NCBI RefSeq assembly: GCF_001194135.2
Contig: NC_068987.1
Location: 76,662,896-76,726,895, forward strand
Direction of reading: 5' to 3'
DNA: 64,000 nucleotides
Source of the DNA: Octopus bimaculoides
Taxonomy: Eukaryota
Part shown: in pieces, positions 37,430 through 50,989 of the stretch
How the letters are laid out: every line of letters begins with the position of its first letter
Numbering within the stretch: position 1 is the stretch's first letter
The notes under the pieces: generated by a model
Told to the model about the DNA's origin: nothing
The model's input: the letters and a program-made list of their open reading frames with translations, nothing else
Databases searched by the model: none
Program-made: the position numbers and the translations under genes

Positions 37430-37805
37430 TAGGCGCAGGAGTGGCTGTGTGGTAAGTAGCTTGCTTACCAACCACATGATTCCGGGTTAAGTCCCACTGC
37501 GTGGCACCTTGGGCAAGTGTCTTCTACTATAGCCTCGGGCTGACCAAAGCCTTGTGAGTGGATTTGGTAGACAAAAACTGAAAGAAGCCTGTCGTATATA
37601 TATATATGTGTGTATGCCTGTGTTTGTCCCAACATCGCTTGACAACCGATGGTGGTGTGTTTACGTCCCCGTAACTTAGCAGTTCAGCAAAAGAGCTTGA
37701 TAGAATAAGTACTAGGCTTACAAAGAATAAGACCTGGGGTCAATTTGCTCGACTTAAAGCAGTGCTCCAGCATGGTCGCAGTCAAATGACTGAAACAAGT
37801 AAAAG
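37430..37805 (+). mobile_element. SINE type A, full length
   Basis: TAGGCGCAGGAGTGGCTGTGTGGTAAGTAGCTTGC head. Confidence 0.85.
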
Positions 37806-39835
37806 ATATATATATATATATATGCGCGCACACATACGCAGAATGGGCTTCTTTTAATTTCCATTTATCAAATCTACTCACAAAGCTTTGGTCAACCAAG
37901 ATCTATAATAAAAGAGGCTGTGCAGTTGGACTGAACCCAAGACCACATTGTTGAGAAGCAAGCTTCATGAACACACAGCCACATCCCTATAAAGTCTGAT
38001 GTAATTTTCTTTGGTCTAGATTCTCTCCTTGTCACAGAATCTTTGTGTTGCATATTTTCGTCAATACTTAGATATATGAAATTCTCATTTTGTGGAACAG
38101 AATAGCTAGAATGAGAGAGTATTACTCCACAGGTTTAAAGTTTGGAAGCAGTTTCTCAACTATGAACTTTTCTTTTGGCCAAATTCCATCCCTATATCAG
38201 CAGAAAATGCTGTTACTCGATCCAATTGTTTCTCAACTATGTAAATATTTATAATATAGATCTTTTGATCATCTACAAAGGAATTCTTAGTTTCTTAGTG
38301 TCTCTTACTGTTGTAGACCCTAGCACATAAAAGAAAGGACAGTGAATTTAATGCCAAAATAAACAGAGGCGTCAACAGACTGTCTGTTTAGAATATTCTA
38401 TGAATATTTTATGCAAATATGCATGTATATGTATGTATGTATGTAGATATACCTGCATGCATATATGTGCATTTTTGTGTTTATATATATATATATATAT
38501 GTTACATCATGCATACATACATATATACGTTACATGTATACATACATCATGAATACCTATATGTATTGAAAGACTGTTTGTTTACAATATTCTGTGAAGA
38601 TATTATGCAAATATGTATATATATGTATGTATGTATGCATACATATATCTATGTATGTATGAATGTATGCGTGTATATATGCACATATGTATGCATGTAT
38701 GTATGTATGTATGTATGTAGAGTCTCTTCTATTTTTTAATTATTATAAATCTTCCACTGAGGAGGGAGTCGGTTTCCAACAAAGACTCAAGACTCCATCT
38801 TTGGGATGTAGTTGACANNNNNNNNNNNNNNNNNNNNNNNNNNNNNNNNNNNNNNNNNNNNNNNNNNNNNNNNNNNNNNNNNNNNNNNNNNNNNNNNNNN
38901 NNNNNNNNNNNNNNNNNNNNNNNNNNNNNNNNNNNNNNNNNNNNNNNNNNNNNNNNNNNNNNNNNNNNNNNNNNNNNNNNNNNNNNNNNNNNNNNNNNNN
39001 NNNNNNNNNNNNNNNNNNNNNNNNNNNNNNNNNNNNNNNNNNNNNNNNNNNNNNNNNNNNNNNNNNNNNNNNNNNNNNNNNNNNNNNNNNNNNNNNNNNN
39101 NNTATACACACGTGTTCATGCACATATGTACGCATCCATGTATACATGCATGTGTATATGTGTATGTATGCATGCATGTATATGTATGTATGTGTGTATG
39201 TATTATGCATGTATGCACGTATGTATGTATGTATGCATGTATGTATGTGTGTATGTGTATGTATATATGTGTATATATGTATGTATGTGTCTGTACGTAC
39301 GTGTTTATATGTATGTATACATGTATGTATGTGTGTGTGTGTATATATGTATATGTGTATATATGTATGTTTTTAGACTTGTGTATATGCATGCATGTGT
39401 GTATGTATGTATGTATGCATATATGCTATATCATGCATATATACATAATATAAACACATATGCGTTCATGTACATTGCAGGCATCCATGTACGCATGCAT
39501 GTATATATGTATGTATGTGTGTGCGTATGTATGTATGCACGTACGTATGTGTGTAAGTGTGTGTGTTTGTGTACGTGTATATAGCAGTTATATGATTTGC
39601 CAAAAATACTTGGATTAAAACCAATGTTCCCTTTAAGCCAAGATAGCCATTGCACAAGTTATGACATCTGAACAGCGAATGTGTTGACCTGGAAAATATC
39701 AACCAAGGATGGTGGAAAGCATCCCATAACACACTGTACATACTACTCCTACTACTACTGCTGCCGCTTTTATAAGCTTTCAAAACCATGCGTTGTTGAT
39801 TTACTAGTGTTAATGAGTGATATACTGTTAACAAG

Positions 39836-40280
39836 CTGATGAAGGAGCTTCTATACTGTTCCTCAACTTGCTAGAAATAGTAGCCAAATCTCACTCAACT
39901 TACACCCTGCTGACACAAAAGGGAAAAGAAGATACTGTTACTGAGCTAATGTAGCAGCCCCTATGCCTCTATGCAGTCACTCCACTTGCTAGAAATAGTA
40001 GCCAAATCTCCCTTAAATCATATTCTGCTGTCTTAGAAGGGAAAAGATAGTGTTATCAAGCTAATGAAGGAGCCCCTATGCTTCTATGCAGTCACTCTAC
40101 TTACTAGAAACAGTTGCCAATGTCCCTTAAATCACACTCTGCTGTCTTAAAATGATAAAAAAAAAGACACATTAGATCATGTTGTTCTGAATGCATAGTG
40201 TCTATAAAAAGATGTAGTGGTCAAAGTTTAAACACCATTGGCCATAAGCTTGGCCAATCTAGTATGGCTTTGAACTAAAT
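39836..40280. repeat. Three tandem ~110-115 bp units at the end of a dispersed repeat
   Basis: GCT(G/A)ATG(A/T)AG..CTTGCTAGAAATAGTAGCCAAATCTC recurs at ~39836, ~39944, ~40060; related single copies near 28110, 29135, 47770, 54690. Confidence 0.75.
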
Positions 40281-40749
40281 AATAATAACAACTGTATTTA
40301 TAATACTGCAGTAATAAAAGCATAATTTGTTAATAGATATCATTATCAGTAATTAGAAGTCATAAAGACAGATATCAACAGATACTTGACTGTGCATGTG
40401 TCGCTTGGAGGAATCTATGGTTATTACACTAATATTAATCTGTAGAAAGACAAATTGTACATTTAAGCATATAGGTGCAGGCATTGCAAACACATTGCTT
40501 TGACTTCAATACCACTGCATGTCCCCTTAGGCAAGTGACTTCTATTTTCTAATATAGATCTGAGTCAACCAAAGCCTTGTGAGTGAATTTATAATAATAA
40601 TAATAATGAAATTATTGTGTTTAGTGCTCAGGTGCACTACAACTCATCAAAGGTGCATGTACAGTACATAAAATTATGTACAAATGTCAGGTAAGTGAAC
40701 AGTGTATGAGTCATGATATACATGTGTTCATGTGTATAGTGGAGGGGAG

Positions 40750-40912
40750 ATATCAGGTGTAGTGTTGGTGAATTTCAGGAAGCATGGAGGTTTTAAAGGA
40801 TGCAATATCTTGGCAACTAACAACTGATGCAGGTAGTTTGTTCCATGCTTCAGCAACTCTGAGTGTGAAAAAATGTTTCCGAAAGTCATGGGAGCTGTGC
40901 TGTTTTCTGAAT
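40750..40912 (-). mobile_element. CR1/L2-type LINE 3' end
   Basis: RKHFFTLRVAEAWNKLPASVVSCQDIASFK matches the CR1-type RxxFFxxRVxxxWNxLP terminus; followed upstream by a SINE A half. Confidence 0.8.
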
Positions 40913-41224
40913 TTGGTAGATGGAAACTGAAAGAAGCCTATCTTGTGTGTGTGTTCTGTGTTTGTTCCATTATATTGCTTCACAATCAGTGTTGGTTTGT
41001 TTGCATCCTCATAACTTAGCAGTTCAACAAAAGGGGCCAATAGAATAAGTACCAAAACTTTAAAAAAAATAGCTACTGGGGTTAATTTGTTTGACTAAAT
41101 CCTTCAAAGGGATACTCCAGAATAGCCACAGTCTAATAACTGAAACAAATAAGGGATAAAACATACAATTTGAATTTTTCCCCCTGTCTGAACTGATTTC
41201 ATGTGCCCCATTTCAATATGGGGA

Positions 41225-42020
41225 ATAAGTTTATGGTAGGGGAGCTGGTAAAATCATTAGCTCACTAAGCAAAATATGTAGGAGTATTTCATCTATCTTT
41301 ACATTCTGAGTTCAAATCCCACTGAAGTCATCTTTGCCTTTAATCCTCTTCGGGTTGATAAAATAAGTACCATTTGGGTACTAGGGTCAATGTAATCAAT
41401 TTATCCTCTCCCCAGAAATTTCTAGCCATGTGCCAAAATTTGAAACCAATATAGGGATTAAATTATTTTGTTGCTATTACCGGGATAAGCTGTATAATTT
41501 TCCTATCTAATAATGACCAGGCAGCTGATACTTTTATCTAGGGAGAGATTTGACTGCTTACCCTTAAGAAATTAGAGCTATGCATTAACCCTTAAAAGAG
41601 CTGGGGCTAAGATAAACATCATTGGTTTTCATTATTACAGCAATTCATTAAGACAGTAAGCTGGCAGAATCATTAGCACGCCAGCAAAATACTTAATTGT
41701 ATTTTGCTTGTCTGAGTTCTGAGTTCAAATTCTGCCAGGGTCGACTTTGCCGTTCATCCTTTCGGGGTCGATAAATTAAGTACCAGTTGAGTACCGGGGT
41801 CGATGTAATCGACTATCTCCCCACACCACAAAATCCAAGCCTTGTGCCTATAGTAGAACGGATTATTGCAGCTCTTTCATCCAGCTCTTTATATTCCATG
41901 TTCAAATTCCACCAAGGTCCACTTTGCTTTTCATCCTTTTTGGGATCAATAAATGAAGTACAAACTGAACACTGGGGTCTATGTAATTGAGTATTCCCTT
42001 AAAATTACTGATCCTATACC
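41225..42020 (+). mobile_element. Cluster of three SINE type C copies
   Basis: GAGTTCAAAT(C/T)C..CTTTGCC(T/G)TT(A/C)ATCCT..GATAAA..AAGTACCA at ~41300, ~41720, ~41900. Confidence 0.75.
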
Positions 42021-42400
42021 AAGGCATGGCTATGTGGTAAGAAGCTTGCTTCCAAACCACATGGTTCTGAGTTCAGTCCAACTGCGTGGCACCTTCGACG
42101 AGTGTCTTCTACTATAGCCTCAGGCTGACCAAAGCCTTGTGAGTGGAATTGGTAGATGGAAACTGAAAGAAGCCTGTCATGTGTGTGTGTGTGTATTTGT
42201 GTTTGTGTTTGCCCTTCCACCATTGCTTGACAACCGATCTTGATGTGTTTATGTCCCACTAACTTAGCGGTTTGGCAAAAGGACTTGATAGAATAAGTAC
42301 CAGGCTTACACAGAATAAGTCTAGGGGGTGATTTCTTCAACTAAAAGACGGTGCTCCAGCATAGCCACAGTCAAAATGACTGAAACAAGTAAAAGCATAA
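42020..42400 (+). mobile_element. SINE type A
   Basis: GGCATGGCTATGTGGTAAGAAGC head to GAAACAAGTAAAAG tail. Confidence 0.8.
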
Positions 42401-42689
42401 AAGTGTAAAGTGTAATTATTACTGCAATCTCTAAAGCGGAAAGTTGACAGAATCATTAGAGGATTGGAAAAAAAGAAGAATGTTTTGTGGAATTTCTTCA
42501 GCCTCTTTATATTCTGAGTTTGGACTCCAACCTGGTTGAATTTGCCTTTCATCTTTTTGGGGTCAGTAAGATAAAGTACCACTTAAGTACTGAAGCTGAT
42601 ATAATAAGCGTGCTTTCACTTCTAAATTTCAAGCTTTATACCTATATTAGAAACAGTTGTTACAAGTAATTCCCTATATTCATCATCCT

Positions 42690-43045
42690 CATCATCATCA
42701 TCATTTAACGTCCGCTTTCCATGCTGGCATGGGTTGGACGATTTGACTGAGGACTGGCAAGCCAGAAGGCTGCACCAGGCTCCAATCTGATCTGGCAAAG
42801 TTTCTACAGCTGGATGTCCTTCCTAACGCCAACCACTCCGAGAGTGTAGTGGGTGCTTTTACATGCCACCGGCATGAGGGCCAATCTGGCGGTACTGGCA
42901 ACAGGGTCAATCTGGCGGTACTGGCAACAGGCATGCTCAAATGGCATTTTTACATGCCACCTGCACAGGAATCAGTCCAGCGGCGCTGGCAATGACCTCG
43001 CTCGAATGTTTTGTTCACATGACACCGGCACAAGTACTCACAAAG
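42690..43045 (-). mobile_element. SINE type B with an internal ~27-bp tandem duplication
   Basis: (ATC)n tail; CAATCTGGCGGTACTGGCAACAGG twice at ~42882-42931. Confidence 0.8.
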
Positions 43046-43247
43046 CCAGCAATTTCAGGGTAGGAGCTAAGTTGATTAATTTGACCCCTATGCTCAACTA
43101 GTAATTATTTCATCAACTCCTAAAGGATTAAAGGCAGTTGACCCCAGCTGTGTTTGAACCCAGAACATAAAGACAATGCTTCTAAGAATTTTACCTGGTG
43201 TGCTAACGGTTCAGCCATCTCGTCACCTTAGTAATTCCCTATTTTAA

Positions 43248-43716
43248 CCCATTAACTACCAATCTTTTTACTTCATGTCTTCTGACTTTGCCGGGTGTCT
43301 TGGGAGTTTAAATAATATATAGTATTTAAATTTTCTTCATATGTGAATTATTTTGGAAATTACGATAATTTTTTTCAAAAAAAACATATTTATCCTTTTC
43401 TATTCAATTGCAATAATAAATATTTTTTTTTAAACTATAGAATCAAATGTGAATCTGTATGAAATATCAATGAATGATATAAATGGGAAATGCTAAAAAA
43501 AAAAAAAACATTTTCAAAACAAGTCAATATTTTGGTAGTTCAAAAATTGCGATTTATGACAAAATGTCTTCTAGAATTGGCCAGAGTTAATAATAACAAA
43601 CTAACTGCTAAATATTGTTAAACGAGCCTCTGCAAATGCTATGTACATAAGCAATTCACTTTAAATACAATGAACAACCGGCAGATCCCTATATGGGACT
43701 CATGGCAAGCAATGGG
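43248..43716. mobile_element. piggyBac-like MITE
   Basis: TTAA|CCCATT(AACTACC) ... (GGCAAGC)AATGGG|TTAA. Confidence 0.6.
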
Positions 43717-43799
43717 TTAAAAAAAGTAATGGAAAGCAAAGAGGGGAAAAAAAAATCTTTTCATAGAACCTTTAACAATATAAACAACACTTCTGCTCA

Positions 43800-44190
43800 C
43801 TCTTACTACTACTACTACTCTAAAACTACTACCACCATCACTACTAAAACTACCACTCCATCACTGCCACCACTACTACTACTGCTCTACCATCTACTAC
43901 TACTGTCACCACAACAACTACTACTACTACCACTACACTGCCGTCACCATCATCACAGCTACCACCACCACCATTACCGTCCCTGCCACCCAGCACCAGC
44001 ACCACTGCTACTGCTGCTACTTCTACTACTACCATCACTGTTATTCAACTCTACTCTACTGCAACCACTATTTCTATTACCACTCTACCGTCACCGCTAC
44101 CACCACAACCACCACCCCTGCCACCACAACTACTAACACTTCCACCACCACCACTACCAACATTACTACTACTACTACTACTACTACTAC
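43800..44190. repeat. (ACT)n/(ACC)n degenerate trinucleotide tract
   Basis: Direct reading. Confidence 0.9.
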
Positions 44191-44959
44191 TGTCTTTGAA
44201 ACACTAATGTTTCATACTTTCCTAGCATCACTATCCTTCCATTTTGTCAATCCAGGAAACCCCCAAAACTCTCCCACACACATGATTTGAAATAGCTGCA
44301 ATATTTATTAACAGACTCTACTCAAATTTAATAGTAAATTACCAAAGCATCTCCAGAGATTCTAAATCAATAATTCTTACTCAACCATTTTTTCATTCAT
44401 GCACCATTTTCTCTCCATATTTTAGAGCATCGTCCCCTCACTTTCCCCAAGATTATCTCAGTCAAAAGGTGCATTCCAAGCCATATGTGTATGATATTGA
44501 AAAATCTTTCTTTTTCTATATTGGTACAAACATAGCTGTGTGGTTAAGCAGTTTGTTTTGCCATCATGAGATCCAGGTTCAGCCCCACTGAATATACCTT
44601 GAGAATGTATCTTTTATATTCTGAGATTGTGAAGGAATTTAGTTTCTGAAAATGTCACACCAATACCCTTGCATCACACCACGCACACCACACCAATNNN
44701 NNNNNNNAATTCCTTTTGATTTAAGGTGCCATATGTATTTGCTAAGGCCAGTGGAATTAGTTAATATATACGACGGGCTACTTTCAGTTACCATCTACCA
44801 AATCCACAAGGTTTTGGTCGGCCTGAGCTATAGTAGAAGACACTTGCTCAATGTGCCAAGCAGTGGAATTAAACCCAGAACCATGTGGTTGGGAAGCAAA
44901 CTTCTTACTGCACAGCCATGCCTGATGTAATCAATGAATTTTATGTTTGTATTCCTTCT

Positions 44960-46150
44960 TGGCATCTGAAGATTCTGAATATTCGATTGATTAAGAATAT
45001 CAATCAAATAGGCAAGGTGAATGATCTATTCCTCACCATTCAACCAAGAAAACGATTCCATCTTATGAAGAATTTAAAAACAAGTTCATTTCAAAGCTCA
45101 AAAACGTTTTTTTCAATTACATCTCCACTTTAAAAATCTTCAAACATTTTGTGTAAAACTCAAGCAGTTGTTGACTATGTCAAAAGGTAAGTGGCTGAGA
45201 AGCTGAGGTCTCCCTCTTCGTTGAAATTCTTTTTCTGAAATGTTTAATCTAAAACCTTCTGTGATGGAACTGGAAGAAATTTTGAGGTCAGTACTTGAGG
45301 GAACATACAATGATTGTCTTTCACTTTGGAAGTTCAAACATCAGTTTTGTTGCAAATATCATTGGTGTTCCATCTGTGATACATCCACGAACATTATCCC
45401 ACAAATAATATTCAGGTCAAATTTAAGATAAAAACCGTTTCCAAAATATCTGAGGTCTTTGGTAGCTCTTTCAAGACGTAAGCAAAAGAACAGCCCCTCT
45501 TTAAATAACCCTGAGTGAACCTATCTTACAATCATTAACCTGGGAAACATAAAGCTATACAAACGAATTCAAGTTGAACTGCAAATAAGACAAATGCAGC
45601 TATGTTGATCTCCTGTACAAATTGTTTCTAAATATCAATAGTCTTAGAATTGATTCTTCTTTGAACAGTATGGCTTGGAGAGTGAAACTTCTGCAGTTCT
45701 TAATTTCAATTTATTTTCTATTACAATTTCAGCTATTTTGAAAACAAAAGGCTTGACCAAAGTTTTTCCTGTTGTTTCTTTTTGTTTTTCTGCTTTCCAT
45801 GTTTTTTTTTCTTTCTTTTCCTTTTTTTTTCTCTTCCATCTCTAGTGTAATGGCACAAAAACCTTCAATAATCCTTCCATTACTTTCTTGAAATAACCTA
45901 GGTGAATCTAACGTCTTTCTAAAAGCATTCTCATAACACTGAAAAAAAAACAACTTTTGTCCTTGTCTTTCTGTTGATGATGAAGATTCTGTAAATTTTC
46001 CTTTAACTTTGTTGGTTTCACAGAATTATTTGACAAAGTTCATTACAAAATGCATTTTAAGGCTTTTCTTCATCTTCTATGATGATAAGTACGAATCCAT
46101 ATTAAATATCTGAATCAATGTCTACTCTATTTCTGACACGCACGATGGTT
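44960..46150 (-). mobile_element. Decayed hAT transposase (Charlie/Buster, ZBED5/SCAND3-like)
   Basis: Minus-strand pieces YGFVLIIIEDEEKP, FKEGLFFCLRLERATKD, WDNVRGCITDGTP, FEL*NEL, HLAYLIDILNQSN follow the family motif order. Confidence 0.75.
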
Positions 46151-46279
46151 CAAAATTCAGTAAATAGAAAACCAAGAATAAATCAAAGAAAACTATGAAT
46201 GGCATATCTCCACAGATCAAAAATTGAAATAGTAATCTTTTATTAAATTAATCTGAAATTTTATAAATATAAACCATGT

Positions 46280-46660
46280 TAAATGTTGCTGTTGTTGGCA
46301 CTCCGTCGCTTATGACATCGAGGGTTCCAGTTGATCCGATCAACGGAACAGCCTGCTCGTGAAATTAACGTGCAAGTGGCTGAGCACTCCACAGACACGT
46401 AGTTCTCGGGGATATTCAGCGTGACACAGAGTGACAAGGCTGACCTTTGAATTACAGGTGCAACAGAAACAGGAAGAAAGAGTAAGAGAAAGTTGTGGTG
46501 AAAGAGTACAGCAGGGTTCGCCACCATCCCCTGCCGGAGCCTCATGGAGCTTTAGGTGTTTTCGCTCAACAAACACTCACAACACCCGGTCTGGGAATCG
46601 AAACCGCGATCCTATGACCGTGAGTCCGCTGCCCTAACCACTGGGCCATTGTGCCTCAAA
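46280..46660 (-). mobile_element. SINE type D variant, well preserved
   Basis: Minus head GGCACAATGGCCCAGTGGTTAGGGC..GGTTTCGATTCCC; (CAA)n-like tail. Confidence 0.8.
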
Positions 46661-47499
46661 TGTTAAATGTTATAGAATAAATAAAACAAACTACAGTTCT
46701 ATGGAAGTACATAAATCTACAGAACACTGCATTGTATTAAATAGTGCTAGCTCCCTCCCTGAAACCCCATCAGGAGTGGAATCCATTCTGTTTGAGAACT
46801 CCCAGTTTAAATGACTTGAAATCATTTTAGTCCACTCTGACTTTTTCTTAAGATACCTTGCTAAGATATTTGATCATGTATGAAAAGACTAGAGCATAAA
46901 TTTCAATACAGCAGAATGGAATAGGAAGTGTGATCTTGGACCAGTCTAAAAGACATCACGGTTGAATGATGAATGCTCTGACTGTTATGCATTCGATTGG
47001 CTAACATCTGAGCTTTAAGTCAGCTCAAACAAAACTAGCTGATCAAGGCTAATCAATAAAGAAAACAACAACAAAAATCAATGACAACAACCAGAACAAG
47101 TACGATAACACCAAAAATATTTTTCCACAGACAGCAGAGTGATTAAGAAATTATTACTTATTCTATAACTGCTTATGAAATTCTCAGTTCATTTATCAAA
47201 TTAAATGGTGAGGAAATTTACACCTGGCTTAACTTAATGAATGGCTGACAAGCTAATATCTTAAATAGATTTTTGTAATCATTCTTGTAAATTGCACATT
47301 CTAATTAAGAATAAGATGTTTGTCCAAGCTATGCAAAATGCACAAATTTGAATAAATTATTACAATCATCAAACAAACAATATAATTATGACTTTGATCA
47401 CAAGATTTCTTTTTTGGTTTTGGCAAATCTAACTTACCAGTGAAACACATAATAAAACAGGAGTCTTACACTAAGACATCTAAAATAAATATGAGATGT

Positions 47500-47740
47500 A
47501 CCCTCTGTCCACCACCACCACTACCACCATCCTCACTACTGTCTCTGCTATTACCATCACCACCACCACTTCCACCAACTTCAATACCACCATCATCCTG
47601 ACCACTGTTATTGTGATCCCCACCATTACCAGTGCCACCACCACCATTAAGTCACCATTCACCACTGGTACAATTATCACTACCATCTACCTTACCACTA
47701 CCTCTCCTAACCATTACTATGCCCACTACCACTACCAGAG
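47500..47740. repeat. (ACC)n degenerate tract
   Basis: Direct reading. Confidence 0.85.
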
Positions 47741-48203
47741 CCATCAAACTATCAAAGGCTCTATGTAGTTGCTTGACCAGCTAGAAATAGCAGCTTACTT
47801 TTAATAGTAACATTTTTTTAAAAAACCATTGACCAATGTAGTTCTAGGTAGATTATGTCAGAAAAACATCCTTTGGGATGATCATGGCTGGAAAGCCTTT
47901 GAACATAGATCTGCTTGATTTAGGATGACTCGGAGTTAAATAACAACTTCTATATCACCAAAATTATGATGTGACTTGATGAAAATTTGCTTCTGAAACC
48001 AAATGCTTGACTGGTTCCTTATTTTATTGACCCAGAATGGATTAAAAGCAAGGTTGATGTTGGCAGGATTTGAACACAGGATATAAGGAATTGGAACAAA
48101 TATCACATCTTTGTGAAGATGTGAATTCAGATGCGATGTATTTGCAAAGTTATAGGGAAATGTAAACACGTGTGCTTATAGACACATGCATTTATGCATG
48201 CAC

Positions 48204-48235
<32 letters not shown>

Positions 48236-49374
48236 TTGTGTCTTATGATATTTAAAAGAGGAGGGTAGGCTATACATAATTAAATGGAAGCTTCTAGAAC
48301 AACTGGAACCATACTTCAACAGGAGCAAAGGGTGTAAGCTTCACTTGGCTGAGAGAGGAAGGATCCTGAAAACTCACTTGATCCATGGACTTTTTTAAAC
48401 TCCAGAAAAGAAGTGTTCAGTCATGCCCACATCATAGAAAATTCCTGTTTCAAACATGAAATTCCCCATTTGTCAAATAGCTACCAGCTTTGAAAACTGT
48501 TATGGACAAGGCTAGAACCAATGTAACAGGAATAACCCTACCTTGCTTGAAAGCTTACCAGTAGAATTTCATTCCAGGAATTTTTTGTTTACAAAATTAA
48601 AGTGACCATGATGTTATGTGTCTCTGGTCATTTAAGCCTGATAAATCACCTATACAGTTAAGTGCTTTGAGAATGAAGTGGATTTTTTTTTTACTAGCTT
48701 TGTAAACAACTGTTTTGGGAACTTATTGTATTGTTTCTGTTTATACTGTTGCCCACCACTCTTCTTCCACTCTTACTTTTCCAACCCTTGTGGGCAAAAT
48801 ATCCTTAAGTGGCTCTTTCTCCCACATGTCTAGTATCTAGGCTTTCTGCTCAACACCCCTGGTCCAACTGCATGTGCTTATGCCCCCACAGAAGAATAGA
48901 ATTCCAAGATAACCTTGTGGTTTTTGTGTGAGTATACCCAAGCAGATGCTACATGACAACATGTTGTTGTGCATGTCATCTCTGCACTCACTGCCTTTCA
49001 CAAAAACAACAACAAGCCAATGACTCAGATTATAGACTCTGAGTTGTGTTTCCCCCAATTACCACATCACCAACCTATAGGCAGATGTGCCGGACACCAG
49101 CTCTACTCATAACTTCAATTGGTTTTCAGTTTTAAAGACCAGGCTTCCATACACCCTGTTCTGGTTGATGGTGTACACATCATACATTCCATTCACTAGG
49201 GTTCCTTTGAAACGCTCGCTTAAGAACATATAAAACCCTATCTCTATTTTTTTTTTTTAAAAAGCTATGTCACTTTCCTCCTTGCAAGGAGCTACAGTCT
49301 CTTGGACATATTTCTCCACATTTTCTTAGTTATTTTTTTCTGAGAGCTGATATTTTCAATATTTCTTTTTGACC

Positions 49375-49600
49375 TCAGCGGTGAGTTGGCAAAATTATTA
49401 CTGCACCAGAAAAAATGTTTAGTTACATCTCTTCCAACTTTATGTTCTGAGTTCAAAAGGTACTGGAGCCAACTTTGCCTTTCATCCTTTTGGAGGTCAA
49501 TGAAATAAGTACCAGTTAGACATGGGGGGGTCGATATAATTGACTTACACCCCACCCACTAAAACTAGTGGCCTTGTGCTGAGATTTGAAACTAATATTT
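49375..49600 (+). mobile_element. SINE type C
   Basis: GCGGTGAGTTGGCAAAA..GAGTTCAAA..CTTTGCCTTTCATCCT..AAGTACCAGT. Confidence 0.7.
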
Positions 49601-50989
49601 CGTTTTGATTTGTAACATTTGAAAACAATAAATTTCAATTTCTGAGTATTTATTTCTGTTTTCAAATTTTACATTTTCCTCACTTGTGCTTACTGAAGTG
49701 GGAATGTATGAGTTTATAAACAAGTCTGCTTATGAAATTGTCATTGCCCTTCGCTAATTTCTTTTTTTCTTCTTTTTTCCAAACTGCGTTTTTGTTCTCA
49801 AGATTTTCTTTGGGGGCATATTCATTGCTATTATGTTTAATGATTAGAACTCCTTCTTCTTCCAGCTCTCCCCAATAGAAGCCTCATTAAATTATGAGCA
49901 AACAAAAGCATCAATATACTATATAAAAATATATAAAAGTGTCCAAGGACGAGTCTTAATTTTTTCCTCCAGTAAGTAACAAGGGGGAAAACATTCAAAC
50001 ATTCTTCTTTAAAGGGGGAAAAAAAAGAAAATGTAGTGTCCATCAAGTAAACTGCAGCAAATTCAACTTTCTCTTAGGACATGATAAAGACATCCTCTCA
50101 TAATAAACAACAATAATAATAATAGTAATAATAATAATGATAAACTATGCATCAAAAATATAAAAAGAAGCAATACAACAATCAAAGTTTAAATTTAAAA
50201 TAATGTAAGAAAAATGTTATATGTAAGATGTAAAACATTGTCATTGCATTGAAATATTATCATCATGTCTTGAGGTAAGAATGGTTAAGGAAAAAAAAGA
50301 TGTTTTTACTTTCTAACTATTCTTAAGATTTTTTTTATTGTTATTAAAAAATGTATAGAAGATAAGAAAAAAAGAAGAAAAATGAGTAAGAAGAAAAAAA
50401 AATTTAGAAAAAATACTAAATACCAGAATAGGAGTAAAATTTGACAGCATAAAAAAAAGGAAGATGGATAGAAGAAGATGAAGGAAAAGAAAGTTCCAGA
50501 ACAATAGAAAGAATTGTTAAATAACATTAATTTTAATTTTTCTTCCTCTGGTTTTCTATTGTTTTTCTCTTTCTTTACTCTCACACTTTTACTTCATTTT
50601 TGTTCTTTACTTTTCTATTTCTCCTACTTTACTTTTGTGTTTTTTTTCTTTCTTCCTATTTCTCCTACCTTTCTTTTGTTTTCTCCTCCTCCTCCCGTTA
50701 CTCTGTCTTTTTCATTTTCTTTCTTATTTTGTTCTAATTCTCTACTACTACTAACACCTCTTCTTCTTCTTCTCCTCCTCCTCCTCCTCCTCCCTCTCCT
50801 CCTCCCTCGCCTCCTCCTCCTCCCTCTTCTTCTTCCATAATGTTTTACTGATCTTCTAAACAGACTACCCAACACTTGCAAATGGAATTGAACCTGCTAA
50901 TATAGGCCAACAAAACACTGGTCATCTGTAAACTGTTGTAGTGGCTCTTGTTCTACTTAAGTACTGATATGGATCACTCTTTGGTGCTC

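Noticed and set aside
38757-38800. CTGAGGA-GGAGTC..GACTCC
   Set aside because: Stem II-like pairing, but GAAA and stems I/III are absent
43693-44136. Thr/His/Leu-rich and Ser/Phe-rich ORFs (also 26843, 47496, 50514, 60931-61600)
   Set aside because: Trinucleotide simple repeats with no splice or homology support
46590-46660. tRNA-like A/B box segments
   Set aside because: They lack an acceptor stem and continue into SINE bodies; SINE heads, not tRNA genes
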